27,578 bases of DNA from a virus (taxonomy: Duplodnaviria > Caudoviricetes): IMG/VR virus record IMGVR_UViG_3300037045_000191, positions 1 to 27,578 of that record; one strand, 5' to 3'. Under the pieces are notes generated by a model. The model was given only the letters and a program-made list of their open reading frames with translations, did not search any database and had not been told where the DNA came from. Below, in pieces: positions 8,965 through 16,408 of the stretch. How positions within the stretch are numbered: position 1 is the stretch's first letter; each line of letters opens with the position of its first letter. Both the position numbers and the translations under genes were made by a program.

Positions 8965-10023
8965 TTAAACGTTTGCACTAACGATGGCTCCGCGCGCCTC
9001 TTCCTTGGTTGGAAGCACAATAAAATTGTGACGGAAAGCCAGCGTATTGCGCTGGTATTGTGGGTCTTTTTTCGCCTCACCAGAATACATTTTTACCCAG
9101 CCAGATGCCTTTGCAACTCTTTCGAGCGAGAAAGCAACAGAAGCCTTATGGTCGGTTGCTGCCGGAACAGCACCAAACGAAAGTTTTACTTTAGTGGCGG
9201 GATTGAAGTAAGGACAACCGCTGTACGCATACACCTCGAACCCGTAAAGGTTGGCAATTTTGCCGGTGGTGTAGTTGTAGTACTGTTCCTTAAAATTCTG
9301 GTCAACCAGCAAAAGGTCGTTCACGTGTTCGTCGGTCAAAACCAAACGCCTTCCAACGTCGGGAATTTCCTGGGCGTCAAACTTGCCTTTAAGGTCAACA
9401 ATGTCCTTTAAGGTTAGCCTTTTTCGTCCGGTACCATCATCGTCCCCGGTGGTGAGGAGTACGGGAGTTAACGCCTTGTTTGAGGCCGGCGCAATGGCAT
9501 GGATAGCCTTTTTCTTTTTCGTCCGGTCAATGGCTTTGGCGTGTTTGCTCTTAACAGTGCCTATTTTATCGTAGGTCAACGCGTAGAGCTCGTCATCAGT
9601 GACCGGAGTTACTTTAGTTTGCAGTTTGTCCAGAGTTATGGGGACGTCATCCTCACCCAGAGTTTGCAAATCTATTGGATATGTAGTATTATTAACCAGG
9701 ACATCCGGCAAAACACCCATGTAAGTGATGTGGATTACCTGCATTTCGTCGCCTACATTGGAGACATAACGCGAAAAATCCTCTATACCGTCCAAAAAGG
9801 TAGCCTCTTCGAGCTTCGACATTTCGGTCTTTACGGCACCTGTCCAAACCTCGCGGTACACGCCAGCCATGGTCAGCCCTGCACCCATTGGGATAAACTG
9901 ACATACCTGAATTATTCCGGCAACGGCATAACCGTTGAACCCGGTGGCCATTTCAATGCCGAATCCGGCAGCTACGCTTATAATAAGCGAAAAAAGAAAC
10001 GAAAGAATGAATTTACTTTTCAT
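8965..10023 (-). CDS. Major capsid protein with hydrophobic N-terminal leader (352 aa)
   Basis: Follows protease/scaffold; IPDVGRRLVL and GKIANLYGFEVY are HK97-fold-type motifs. Start revised to ATG 10023 (A-rich context, 19 nt after the protease stop). Confidence 0.85.
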   Translation of the reverse strand: MKSKFILSFLFSLIISVAAGFGIEMATGFNGYAVAGIIQVCQFIPMGAGLTMAGVYREVWTGAVKTEMSKLEEATFLDGIEDFSRYVSNVGDEMQVIHITYMGVLPDVLVNNTTYPIDLQTLGEDDVPITLDKLQTKVTPVTDDELYALTYDKIGTVKSKHAKAIDRTKKKKAIHAIAPASNKALTPVLLTTGDDDGTGRKRLTLKDIVDLKGKFDAQEIPDVGRRLVLTDEHVNDLLLVDQNFKEQYYNYTTGKIANLYGFEVYAYSGCPYFNPATKVKLSFGAVPAATDHKASVAFSLERVAKASGWVKMYSGEAKKDPQYQRNTLAFRHNFIVLPTKEEARGAIVSANV

Positions 10024-10042
10024 TGTGTGTGTGTTTTTGTGA

Positions 10043-11140
10043 TTACAATTCGGGCTCAACGCCATATTTTGCCTTGTACAAGGCTTTGAATTTTGCCGGG
10101 TCTTTTTTCGGCATAGCCTCCAATTCGGCACTGGCCTCGGTTTGGTATTTTTCCCAATCCCAGTCCTTACGGTCGTTGGTGTTGCCACCTTCGCCACCGT
10201 TGTTAATCTGGGATGTTACTGATTTGTATTCCCGCATGTCTGCGAAAATGGCATTCAGTTCGTCCAAGCCAATTTTGTTGCCACGTGCCACGTACTCGTC
10301 TCGCTTTTCTTTGGCGATTTTTCCAGCGGCAATAGCGGCATCAACAGAGGCTTCAATGCTTTTTTTCTGCGTATCGGCAAGTTTTGCCTCGGCAGACTCG
10401 CGTGCCGTTTTTTCAGCAGCAAGTTTAGCATCAATGGCAGCATATATCTGCTCGTCGGTGCTGGCTTCGGTAACGGTGGTTAAACCATACCGGGCAATAA
10501 GCTCTTTTTTGTTCATGTCCTGTATTTTTGTGATTTGTGCTGCGAAACGCTCATACACGCCTTTTGCGCCCAATGCCACGGCATCAGTCTTGTCAAGGGT
10601 TGTAATGTCTTTAACTTTTGGGGAAAATTTTGCATCTGCCAGACCGGCGGCAATGGCATCATCAGCATCGAACCAATTATCGCCTTTAAGCCATGCCTTT
10701 ACTTCATCCTCGGTTTTCTTAGTGCGCTCAACCAACTTTGCAACAAAGTTTTTCTCCATTTTGCGGAGCAAAGCGGCGTACTTTTCCAAGTCCTCGGAGG
10801 TTCCATCAGCACCACCTTGCGGGGCGTGAATCATAATAAAGGCATTCTCGGCGATGTGAATTCGATTACCGGCTAACATAATTATACTGCCCATACTGGC
10901 GGCAACACCGTCAATATAGACATCAATTTGACCTGCAAAACTGGCCAAAGCGTTGTAAATCATATTCCCGTCGAATACGTATCCGCCGTAAGTGTGCAAG
11001 TGAAAGTCGAGTTGTTTGTAACCGTCGTTGGTTATGTCGGCAATGGCCTGAGTTACGTTTCGGTAATCCAGGTACACGCCACCTACGTAACCGTAAATGG
11101 TCAAAACAGCTTTTCCTTTTTCCTTTTTAAGTAAAAACAT
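10043..11140 (-). CDS. ClpP-like head maturation protease fused to scaffold domain
   Basis: LTIYGYVG, HTYGG, IDGVAASMGS (Ser), IMIHAP (His), NWFDADDAIAAGLAD; helical Ala/Lys/Glu-rich C-terminus. Start revised to ATG 11140. Confidence 0.9.
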   Translation of the reverse strand: MFLLKKEKGKAVLTIYGYVGGVYLDYRNVTQAIADITNDGYKQLDFHLHTYGGYVFDGNMIYNALASFAGQIDVYIDGVAASMGSIIMLAGNRIHIAENAFIMIHAPQGGADGTSEDLEKYAALLRKMEKNFVAKLVERTKKTEDEVKAWLKGDNWFDADDAIAAGLADAKFSPKVKDITTLDKTDAVALGAKGVYERFAAQITKIQDMNKKELIARYGLTTVTEASTDEQIYAAIDAKLAAEKTARESAEAKLADTQKKSIEASVDAAIAAGKIAKEKRDEYVARGNKIGLDELNAIFADMREYKSVTSQINNGGEGGNTNDRKDWDWEKYQTEASAELEAMPKKDPAKFKALYKAKYGVEPEL

Positions 11141-11297
11141 GGTTTCGCGTTTTGTGCGTTTTGAAAGCACAATATTAGATTGTTTTGTTTCTAAAAACAA
11201 ACACAACTAACTGTATAACAGCGTTTTATATCGTACTGACATAAATATTATATTTTTTATTACGGAAACACGATTTTTGCCTTTTTACGGTGTAACA
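11141..11297. promoter_or_regulatory. Divergent late promoter region
   Basis: AT-rich gap between two divergent structural operons; imperfect -7 boxes TAATATTG (-, 11177..11170) and GATTTTTG (+, 11272-11279). Confidence 0.55.
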
Positions 11298-11795
11298 ATG
11301 GCAAAGGAAAAGGAAAAGCGCATCGCCCGAATTCTGTTCGTTGAACAGAACAAAGAGGCAAAAACAATCAGCGACCTCATTGGGGTGTCTGAACAAACCC
11401 TCAGTAAGTGGGTAAACCTAGGCAATTGGCGCGAGGAGAGAAACGCCCGATTGGCGAACCCTAGCGTTCGAATAGACAACATCCGTCAAATCATTAACGG
11501 CATGTCCGAAGAGCGCATTGAGTTGACAAATAGGATTAAACAAGCCGAATTACAAGGCGACCTCAAAGAAGCTTCTACACTTCGGTCACAGGTTGCACAC
11601 ATTGACGATGCCGTTGCAAAGTGGAACAAAACCATCGCTACTGTCAATAAAGAGAGCCAAATAACCCTTTCGAATTACCTGGTAGTTATGGAAATGATTT
11701 TCGAGGACTTAAGAAAGTTCGACGAAAAGTTATTTTTGAAAACCATCGACTTTCAGGAAAGGCATATAAACGACGTTTCATTACGATTTAAATAG
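11298..11795 (+). CDS. Terminase small subunit (N-terminal HTH)
   Basis: ARILFV...KTISDLIGVSEQTLSKWVNLGNW; precedes large terminase; ATG 11298 preferred. Confidence 0.8.
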   Translation: MAKEKEKRIARILFVEQNKEAKTISDLIGVSEQTLSKWVNLGNWREERNARLANPSVRIDNIRQIINGMSEERIELTNRIKQAELQGDLKEASTLRSQVAHIDDAVAKWNKTIATVNKESQITLSNYLVVMEMIFEDLRKFDEKLFLKTIDFQERHINDVSLRFK

Positions 11796-11796
11796 T

Positions 11797-13320
11797 ATGA
11801 AAATAGCCGATAAACAAGCCAAAGAACGCTATTTAGAACGTCTTAGAATTATACGCGACGGGCAATATCGTTTTGGCAACGAAACCAGTGCCGAGAAAGC
11901 CGAAAAAATTAAGCGTATGTGCGAAGACCCTGCCTATATGGCCGAGTTGCTTTTGCCACATTACACTACAAGTCGCTGTGCCTGGTTCCATATCAAACTT
12001 GCTAAAATGGTTCTCAAAAATCCACGTTGCCGCATTTTGGTTCGTTGGGGTCGTGGGTTGGCGAAGTCGGTATGGTCGAACGTAATCATTCCGTTGTGGC
12101 TGTGGATAAACGACGAAGAGTTGTTTATGGTTGTTATTGGCAACAACTACGACAAAGCCGTTATTTTGCTATCGGACATTCAGGCCGAATTGGAAAGCAA
12201 TCCGGCCATAGCCTATTTTTTTGGTGAACAAAAGTTGGTTGGTTCGTGGGAGGATGGAGACTTTCAGACAAAAGACGGTCGGTTTATAGGTAAAGCCCTT
12301 GGTATGGGTCAATCTCCACTGGGTTTACGACGTGGAGCAAAACGACCAAACTATATTTCGGCTGATGATTTAGAGGACCGGGAAACGGCACGCAATCCAA
12401 AACGCCAGGACATGATTGTAGAATGGCTCGAAAACGCCGTTTTGCCTTTAATGGATGGCGATACTATGCGCTATTTGCACCCCAATAACGACCCGTGGGC
12501 ACGTAGTATTCAGAACTTATTGGAAGAGCGCCATCCAGAGTGGACTACGTTCACTGTTGAAGCCTATAACGAAGAGACTTTTGAACCGGCATGGAAGGAA
12601 AAGTACGATAACGACTATTACCGAAATTGGGAGAGCGACATTGGAAGCCTGACCGCCCGGGCTCAATTTAACCACAAAAAACATAAAAAGGGCAAGATAT
12701 TTACAGACGAAATGATACAATGGGCTAAGGCTCCAAGACTAAATCTGTTCCCGATAATCATCGGACATTGGGACCCGGCTTTCAGTGGTAACGGCGACTA
12801 TAATGCTGTTAAAGTCTGGGGTTCGCACGGTCGTAACTTTTGGTGCATGAAAGCCTTTGTGCGTAAGTGTAAAATGGCCGATGCCATTCGCTTTATGTAC
12901 GAACATGAAAAAACTTTGCCTCAATCTATTACAGTTCATTGGCAGGTAGAAACACAATTCTGGGGCGACCCGATGCGTGACGCACTCACTTTAGTCGAAC
13001 AAGAGTATAAACGTCCCTTAAACTTGAGATTAGTAGATAGGCTTACAGGCCATAAGTATGATCGTATGGTTGAAACAATGATGCCATACTACCAAAATAA
13101 CAGAGTCTATTACGACATTCGAGAAAAAGCAAATAACGACATGCTCGTAGGCATAGACCAACTTAAGGGTATTGAGCCCGGATACAATTCACACGACGAC
13201 TCTCCCGACGCAGACACATACGCATTTAAAGAACTCGGTTCATACGTCCGTGTTGATGGGTTTCAGCCCAGAACCATAAGCAAACAATCAGTCCGTGCAA
13301 ATTCAAAAAACCGTTACTAA
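11797..13320 (+). CDS. terL: Terminase large subunit (Mu gp28-like)
   Basis: Walker A RWGRGLAKS, Walker B YISADDLED, nuclease motifs HWDPAFS and HDDSPDA. Confidence 0.92.
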   Translation: MKIADKQAKERYLERLRIIRDGQYRFGNETSAEKAEKIKRMCEDPAYMAELLLPHYTTSRCAWFHIKLAKMVLKNPRCRILVRWGRGLAKSVWSNVIIPLWLWINDEELFMVVIGNNYDKAVILLSDIQAELESNPAIAYFFGEQKLVGSWEDGDFQTKDGRFIGKALGMGQSPLGLRRGAKRPNYISADDLEDRETARNPKRQDMIVEWLENAVLPLMDGDTMRYLHPNNDPWARSIQNLLEERHPEWTTFTVEAYNEETFEPAWKEKYDNDYYRNWESDIGSLTARAQFNHKKHKKGKIFTDEMIQWAKAPRLNLFPIIIGHWDPAFSGNGDYNAVKVWGSHGRNFWCMKAFVRKCKMADAIRFMYEHEKTLPQSITVHWQVETQFWGDPMRDALTLVEQEYKRPLNLRLVDRLTGHKYDRMVETMMPYYQNNRVYYDIREKANNDMLVGIDQLKGIEPGYNSHDDSPDADTYAFKELGSYVRVDGFQPRTISKQSVRANSKNRY

Positions 13321-13321
13321 T

Positions 13322-13759
13322 ATGGCATTTATTGTTGATAGCGATTACAGTGTTCAGCTGCGCACCGAAATAGGCAAGGTCATTGACCCAACCACGCAAC
13401 AAACCAAACTGAAACGAGCCGTTGATATGGCCATTTCGCAGGTAAAAAACTACCTTTCCGGCAGATACGACCTGGCAAAGATATTTGTTGATGCCCCCAG
13501 CGAAGGCGAAACCGACGAACGTGACAGTTTCGTGGTTATGATAGTCATTGACATGGCGTTGTACCACCTGTGGAGCAAAGAGGGCGCAAACAACATCCCA
13601 ACCACACGCGCCGACAGATACAACGATGCCCTTGAATGGCTGAAAGCCGTCCAAAAAGGGGCAGATACCAACCTGCCACTAATTACCGACGATAACGGCG
13701 GTGAGTTGGTTGATATGAGAATTTGGAGCAAACATTCACCCGAAAATAACCGTTTTTAA
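13322..13759 (+). CDS. Head-tail adaptor (Mu gp36/DUF1320-like)
   Basis: NYLSGRYDL, DMALYHL, RYNDALEWLKAV; ATG 13322. Confidence 0.88.
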   Translation: MAFIVDSDYSVQLRTEIGKVIDPTTQQTKLKRAVDMAISQVKNYLSGRYDLAKIFVDAPSEGETDERDSFVVMIVIDMALYHLWSKEGANNIPTTRADRYNDALEWLKAVQKGADTNLPLITDDNGGELVDMRIWSKHSPENNRF

Positions 13760-15000
13760 TGGATACCATAACAACCAAATCATACCTGTGGGGCATGATT
13801 CGCAACGAAACAAAAGCCCCTAAAATCAGCAAGACTGACAAACACGTCATAACTCAGTTGGTTACCGAGTTTCAAGACCGGAGCAGAAGCGACATTGTAA
13901 AATGGCGGGAGGCTTTGGAAGCTGCCGAGAATCCTGAAAACCCACGCTGGGTGCTGTTACAGGACTTGCTGGAAAATTTGATGACCGACGGTCACTTAAT
14001 GGCGGTCATAGACATTCGAAAGGCTGCTGTACTGAGTAATCGATTTTATGTCGAGGATGCCAACGGCACTGAAAACGACGAAGCAACAAAACTCCTTAAA
14101 ACCAAGTGGTTTTACAATCTTTTAGATGTTATGCTAGATAGTGTATATCTGAAATACTCGGTGGTAGAACTGGTTGACCCTCTAACCATGACATTCAAGG
14201 CGGTACCCCGCAGAAATGTTTGCCCGCAATTGGAGCGAATTTACCTTGAAGTGTTTGGAGATAAGTTTGTTTGGTACAAAGACCCCTATTTTGCCAACAA
14301 TGTTTTGGCGGTACAAAGCAACTCGAAGTTTGGCATCTTGAACGATATCGTTCCGCAATTAATCTGGAAGCGAAACGCCCAACAAACATGGGCTGATTTT
14401 TCTGAAAAGTTTGGAATACCATTAGTTACCGCCGAGACATTCACCACCGACAAAAAGAAGCTGGATTTGATTGAAACCATGCTCCGAAACTTGGGGCAGG
14501 CGGCACAGGCTGTGTTACCCGAGGGCACGAAAATAACTATACACGACGCATCAACGAAAGGCGACCCACACAACGTGTTTAGTGAGCAAATTAAGGTTAC
14601 CAACGGCGAAATATCCGAGAGAATTGTTGGCGGTACGATGATAACCAGCGACGGAAGTTCCCGAAGCCAAAGCGAGGTGCACGAGCGAACCCTCGACTAT
14701 AAATTAGCCGAGAACGACCGCAGAATGATTGAATTTGTGGTTAACGATGACCTTTTCCCCATTTTACGCGCCAATGGAATTAAATTGGCCGATACCGACC
14801 GCTTTGTCTTCGACCGCACCGAGGACTTAAGCCTTACACAACACTGGTCGATAGTGCAGGGCATTATGTCCGACTACGAAGTTGACCAGGATTGGCTTAG
14901 CCGTACCTTCAACATTCCCATAATTGGCAAAAAAGCACTAACAGGCAGCCCATTGTTGCCAAACACCGGCGGAAAAGCCTTAACCAAAAATTTTCGGTAG
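13759..15000 (+). CDS. Portal protein (Mu gp29/DUF935-like)
   Basis: DGHLMAVIDIRK, WADFSEKFGIP, GSSRSQSEVHE motifs. Confidence 0.92.
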   Translation: MDTITTKSYLWGMIRNETKAPKISKTDKHVITQLVTEFQDRSRSDIVKWREALEAAENPENPRWVLLQDLLENLMTDGHLMAVIDIRKAAVLSNRFYVEDANGTENDEATKLLKTKWFYNLLDVMLDSVYLKYSVVELVDPLTMTFKAVPRRNVCPQLERIYLEVFGDKFVWYKDPYFANNVLAVQSNSKFGILNDIVPQLIWKRNAQQTWADFSEKFGIPLVTAETFTTDKKKLDLIETMLRNLGQAAQAVLPEGTKITIHDASTKGDPHNVFSEQIKVTNGEISERIVGGTMITSDGSSRSQSEVHERTLDYKLAENDRRMIEFVVNDDLFPILRANGIKLADTDRFVFDRTEDLSLTQHWSIVQGIMSDYEVDQDWLSRTFNIPIIGKKALTGSPLLPNTGGKALTKNFR

Positions 15001-15029
15001 GGGTCAGTCCACAGGGCTGCGCTGACCCC
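14988..15029 (+). promoter_or_regulatory. Putative -1 ribosomal frameshift signal (portal to MuF)
   Basis: In-frame heptamer A AAT TTT (14988-14994), 5-nt spacer, 8-bp stem GGGGTCAG (15000-15007)/CTGACCCC (15022-15029); -1 frame is continuous with MuF. Confidence 0.72.
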
Positions 15030-16334
15030 GACATATTGCCCGAATTCTATGCCGATACCTGCCCGCATTGTGGCGACAAACACCCAACGGCAGTATCAAC
15101 ACTGCCCGATGGTTTGCCGTCCAAAATAACGCGCGAAATTGCCCGAATTGTCGCCGATGTTTACAACGGAAACGTTGGCAAAGAAAACATAGACTATCGA
15201 TTGTTAAAGTTGGTAGGAAATGCCGTTGAAAGTGCCATGATTGACGGCTTTGGAAAGTCATTTGCAACCGTTGACTGGACAACTCCCGATGGCGAAATGC
15301 TTATGCGCCTTACCCGCGATTGTTGGAACTTTTCAGCAGCCAAAAATTACACCCAACTGCGCGACATGACACTGGCGTTGGTTGACGAAAAGGGCAAAGC
15401 GCGAACATTCAGCGAGTTTAAGGACGCTTGCAAAGTAATTGACGAAAAGCACCTGAATTGGCTTAAAACGGAATACGACCAAGCAATTGGAGCGTCAACC
15501 ATGGCGGCACGCTGGGCAGACTACCAGAAAAATGCCGACATAATGCCCTGGTTAAAGTACAGCACCGTAGGAGACCAAAACGTAAGGGAGGAGCACGCTC
15601 TTTTAGACGGCATTATTAAGAAAATAACCGACGAATTTTGGGACATATATTTCCCCCCAAATGGTTGGAAATGCCGCTGCAGTGCCGACCAAATGTCAAC
15701 ATCCCTATCACGGGAAACCGAAAACGTGCCGTCGGTTACCATTCCGGACATGTTTAGGACGAATTTGGCAAAAACGGGACTTGCTTTCCCGCCAAAACAT
15801 CCTTATTACGATATAATTCCAAAAGAAATCCTCAGAGGTGTACCTTTTAGATTACCCGAAAAGGAGGCTTTTAAAGAACTGTATAGGAACGAGAATACGG
15901 GTGGTTATGTAAGGATGCACATCATGCATGGTTTGAGCGAGTACCAGGAGAATTACACCACCGCTAAGATACTTGCCGACAGAGGTGATAAAATAAAATT
16001 ATTACCAATACTGAAAACCGACGAGGAGCGAAAATTATTTTATGGAAATCAACCATTTATATCAGGGAAAAACCCTGACTGCTTTTTAAATGGGGCGTTG
16101 TACGAGATAAAAAGCATAGAAAACGCCACACGTAAGAAGTTGCAAAAGAAACTTATGGAAGGTCGAGAACAGGCGGCAAACGTAATTATGCATCTTACTA
16201 ATGGGGCAGATGATAATTTAGTGTACAGGGCGATTAATGGTATTTTTAATCAATCAAAACACGTTAATAACGTAATCATAATCAACAATCTTGATTATAA
16301 AATAATGAAAAACCCCAACTACGTGAGCAATTGA
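14994..16334 (+). CDS. MuF (Mu gp30/SPP1 gp7-like) head protein with C-terminal PD-(D/E)XK nuclease (CdiA-CT-like) domain
   Basis: WLKTEYDQA, YSTVGDQNVREEH, FWDIYFPPNGWKCRCS; tip has KNPDCFLNGALYEIKS. Only a TTG (15036) is available near the 5' end; first ATG is at residue 68 of the called ORF. Confidence 0.88.
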   Translation, partial: SVGVSPQGCADPDILPEFYADTCPHCGDKHPTAVSTLPDGLPSKITREIARIVADVYNGNVGKENIDYRLLKLVGNAVESAMIDGFGKSFATVDWTTPDGEMLMRLTRDCWNFSAAKNYTQLRDMTLALVDEKGKARTFSEFKDACKVIDEKHLNWLKTEYDQAIGASTMAARWADYQKNADIMPWLKYSTVGDQNVREEHALLDGIIKKITDEFWDIYFPPNGWKCRCSADQMSTSLSRETENVPSVTIPDMFRTNLAKTGLAFPPKHPYYDIIPKEILRGVPFRLPEKEAFKELYRNENTGGYVRMHIMHGLSEYQENYTTAKILADRGDKIKLLPILKTDEERKLFYGNQPFISGKNPDCFLNGALYEIKSIENATRKKLQKKLMEGREQAANVIMHLTNGADDNLVYRAINGIFNQSKHVNNVIIINNLDYKIMKNPNYVSN

Positions 16335-16372
16335 GGTTTTTGGCTTCCTAGGGACGTATCCCATGGAACACC
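16305..16372 (-). ncRNA. Putative small structured antisense RNA at the MuF 3' end
   Basis: Promoter directly upstream; hairpin GGTGTTCCATGGGA-TACG-TCCCTAGGAAGCC (16372..16342), then terminator-like hairpin with U-tract (16341..16308). Confidence 0.5.
16308..16341. terminator. Bidirectional terminator-like hairpin over MuF stop
   Basis: AAAAACCCCAACT...AATTGAGGTTTTT, with T5 on each strand. Confidence 0.6.
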
Positions 16373-16373
16373 A

Positions 16374-16404
16374 CAAAGATACAACATTAAAATACAAAAG
16401 TCAA
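16374..16404 (-). promoter_or_regulatory. Bacteroidota housekeeping-sigma promoter, antisense
   Basis: TTG (16404..16402)-N20-TATCTTTG (16381..16374) fits TTG-N19-21-TAnnTTTG. Confidence 0.65.
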
Positions 16405-16408
16405 CACT

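Noticed and set aside
10024-10197. 58-aa N-terminal extension of the capsid ORF
   Set aside because: Overlaps the protease 3' end; ATG 10023 has the better context; no convincing slippery site seen for a scaffold-capsid fusion.
9499-10829. + strand ORFs of 196 and 268 aa
   Set aside because: Antisense shadows of the capsid and protease genes.
14926-14937. GGC AAA AAA GCA as an alternative portal slip site
   Set aside because: The -1 frame is open here, but the A AAA AAG heptamer is out of phase and there is no adjacent stem; 14988 fits better.
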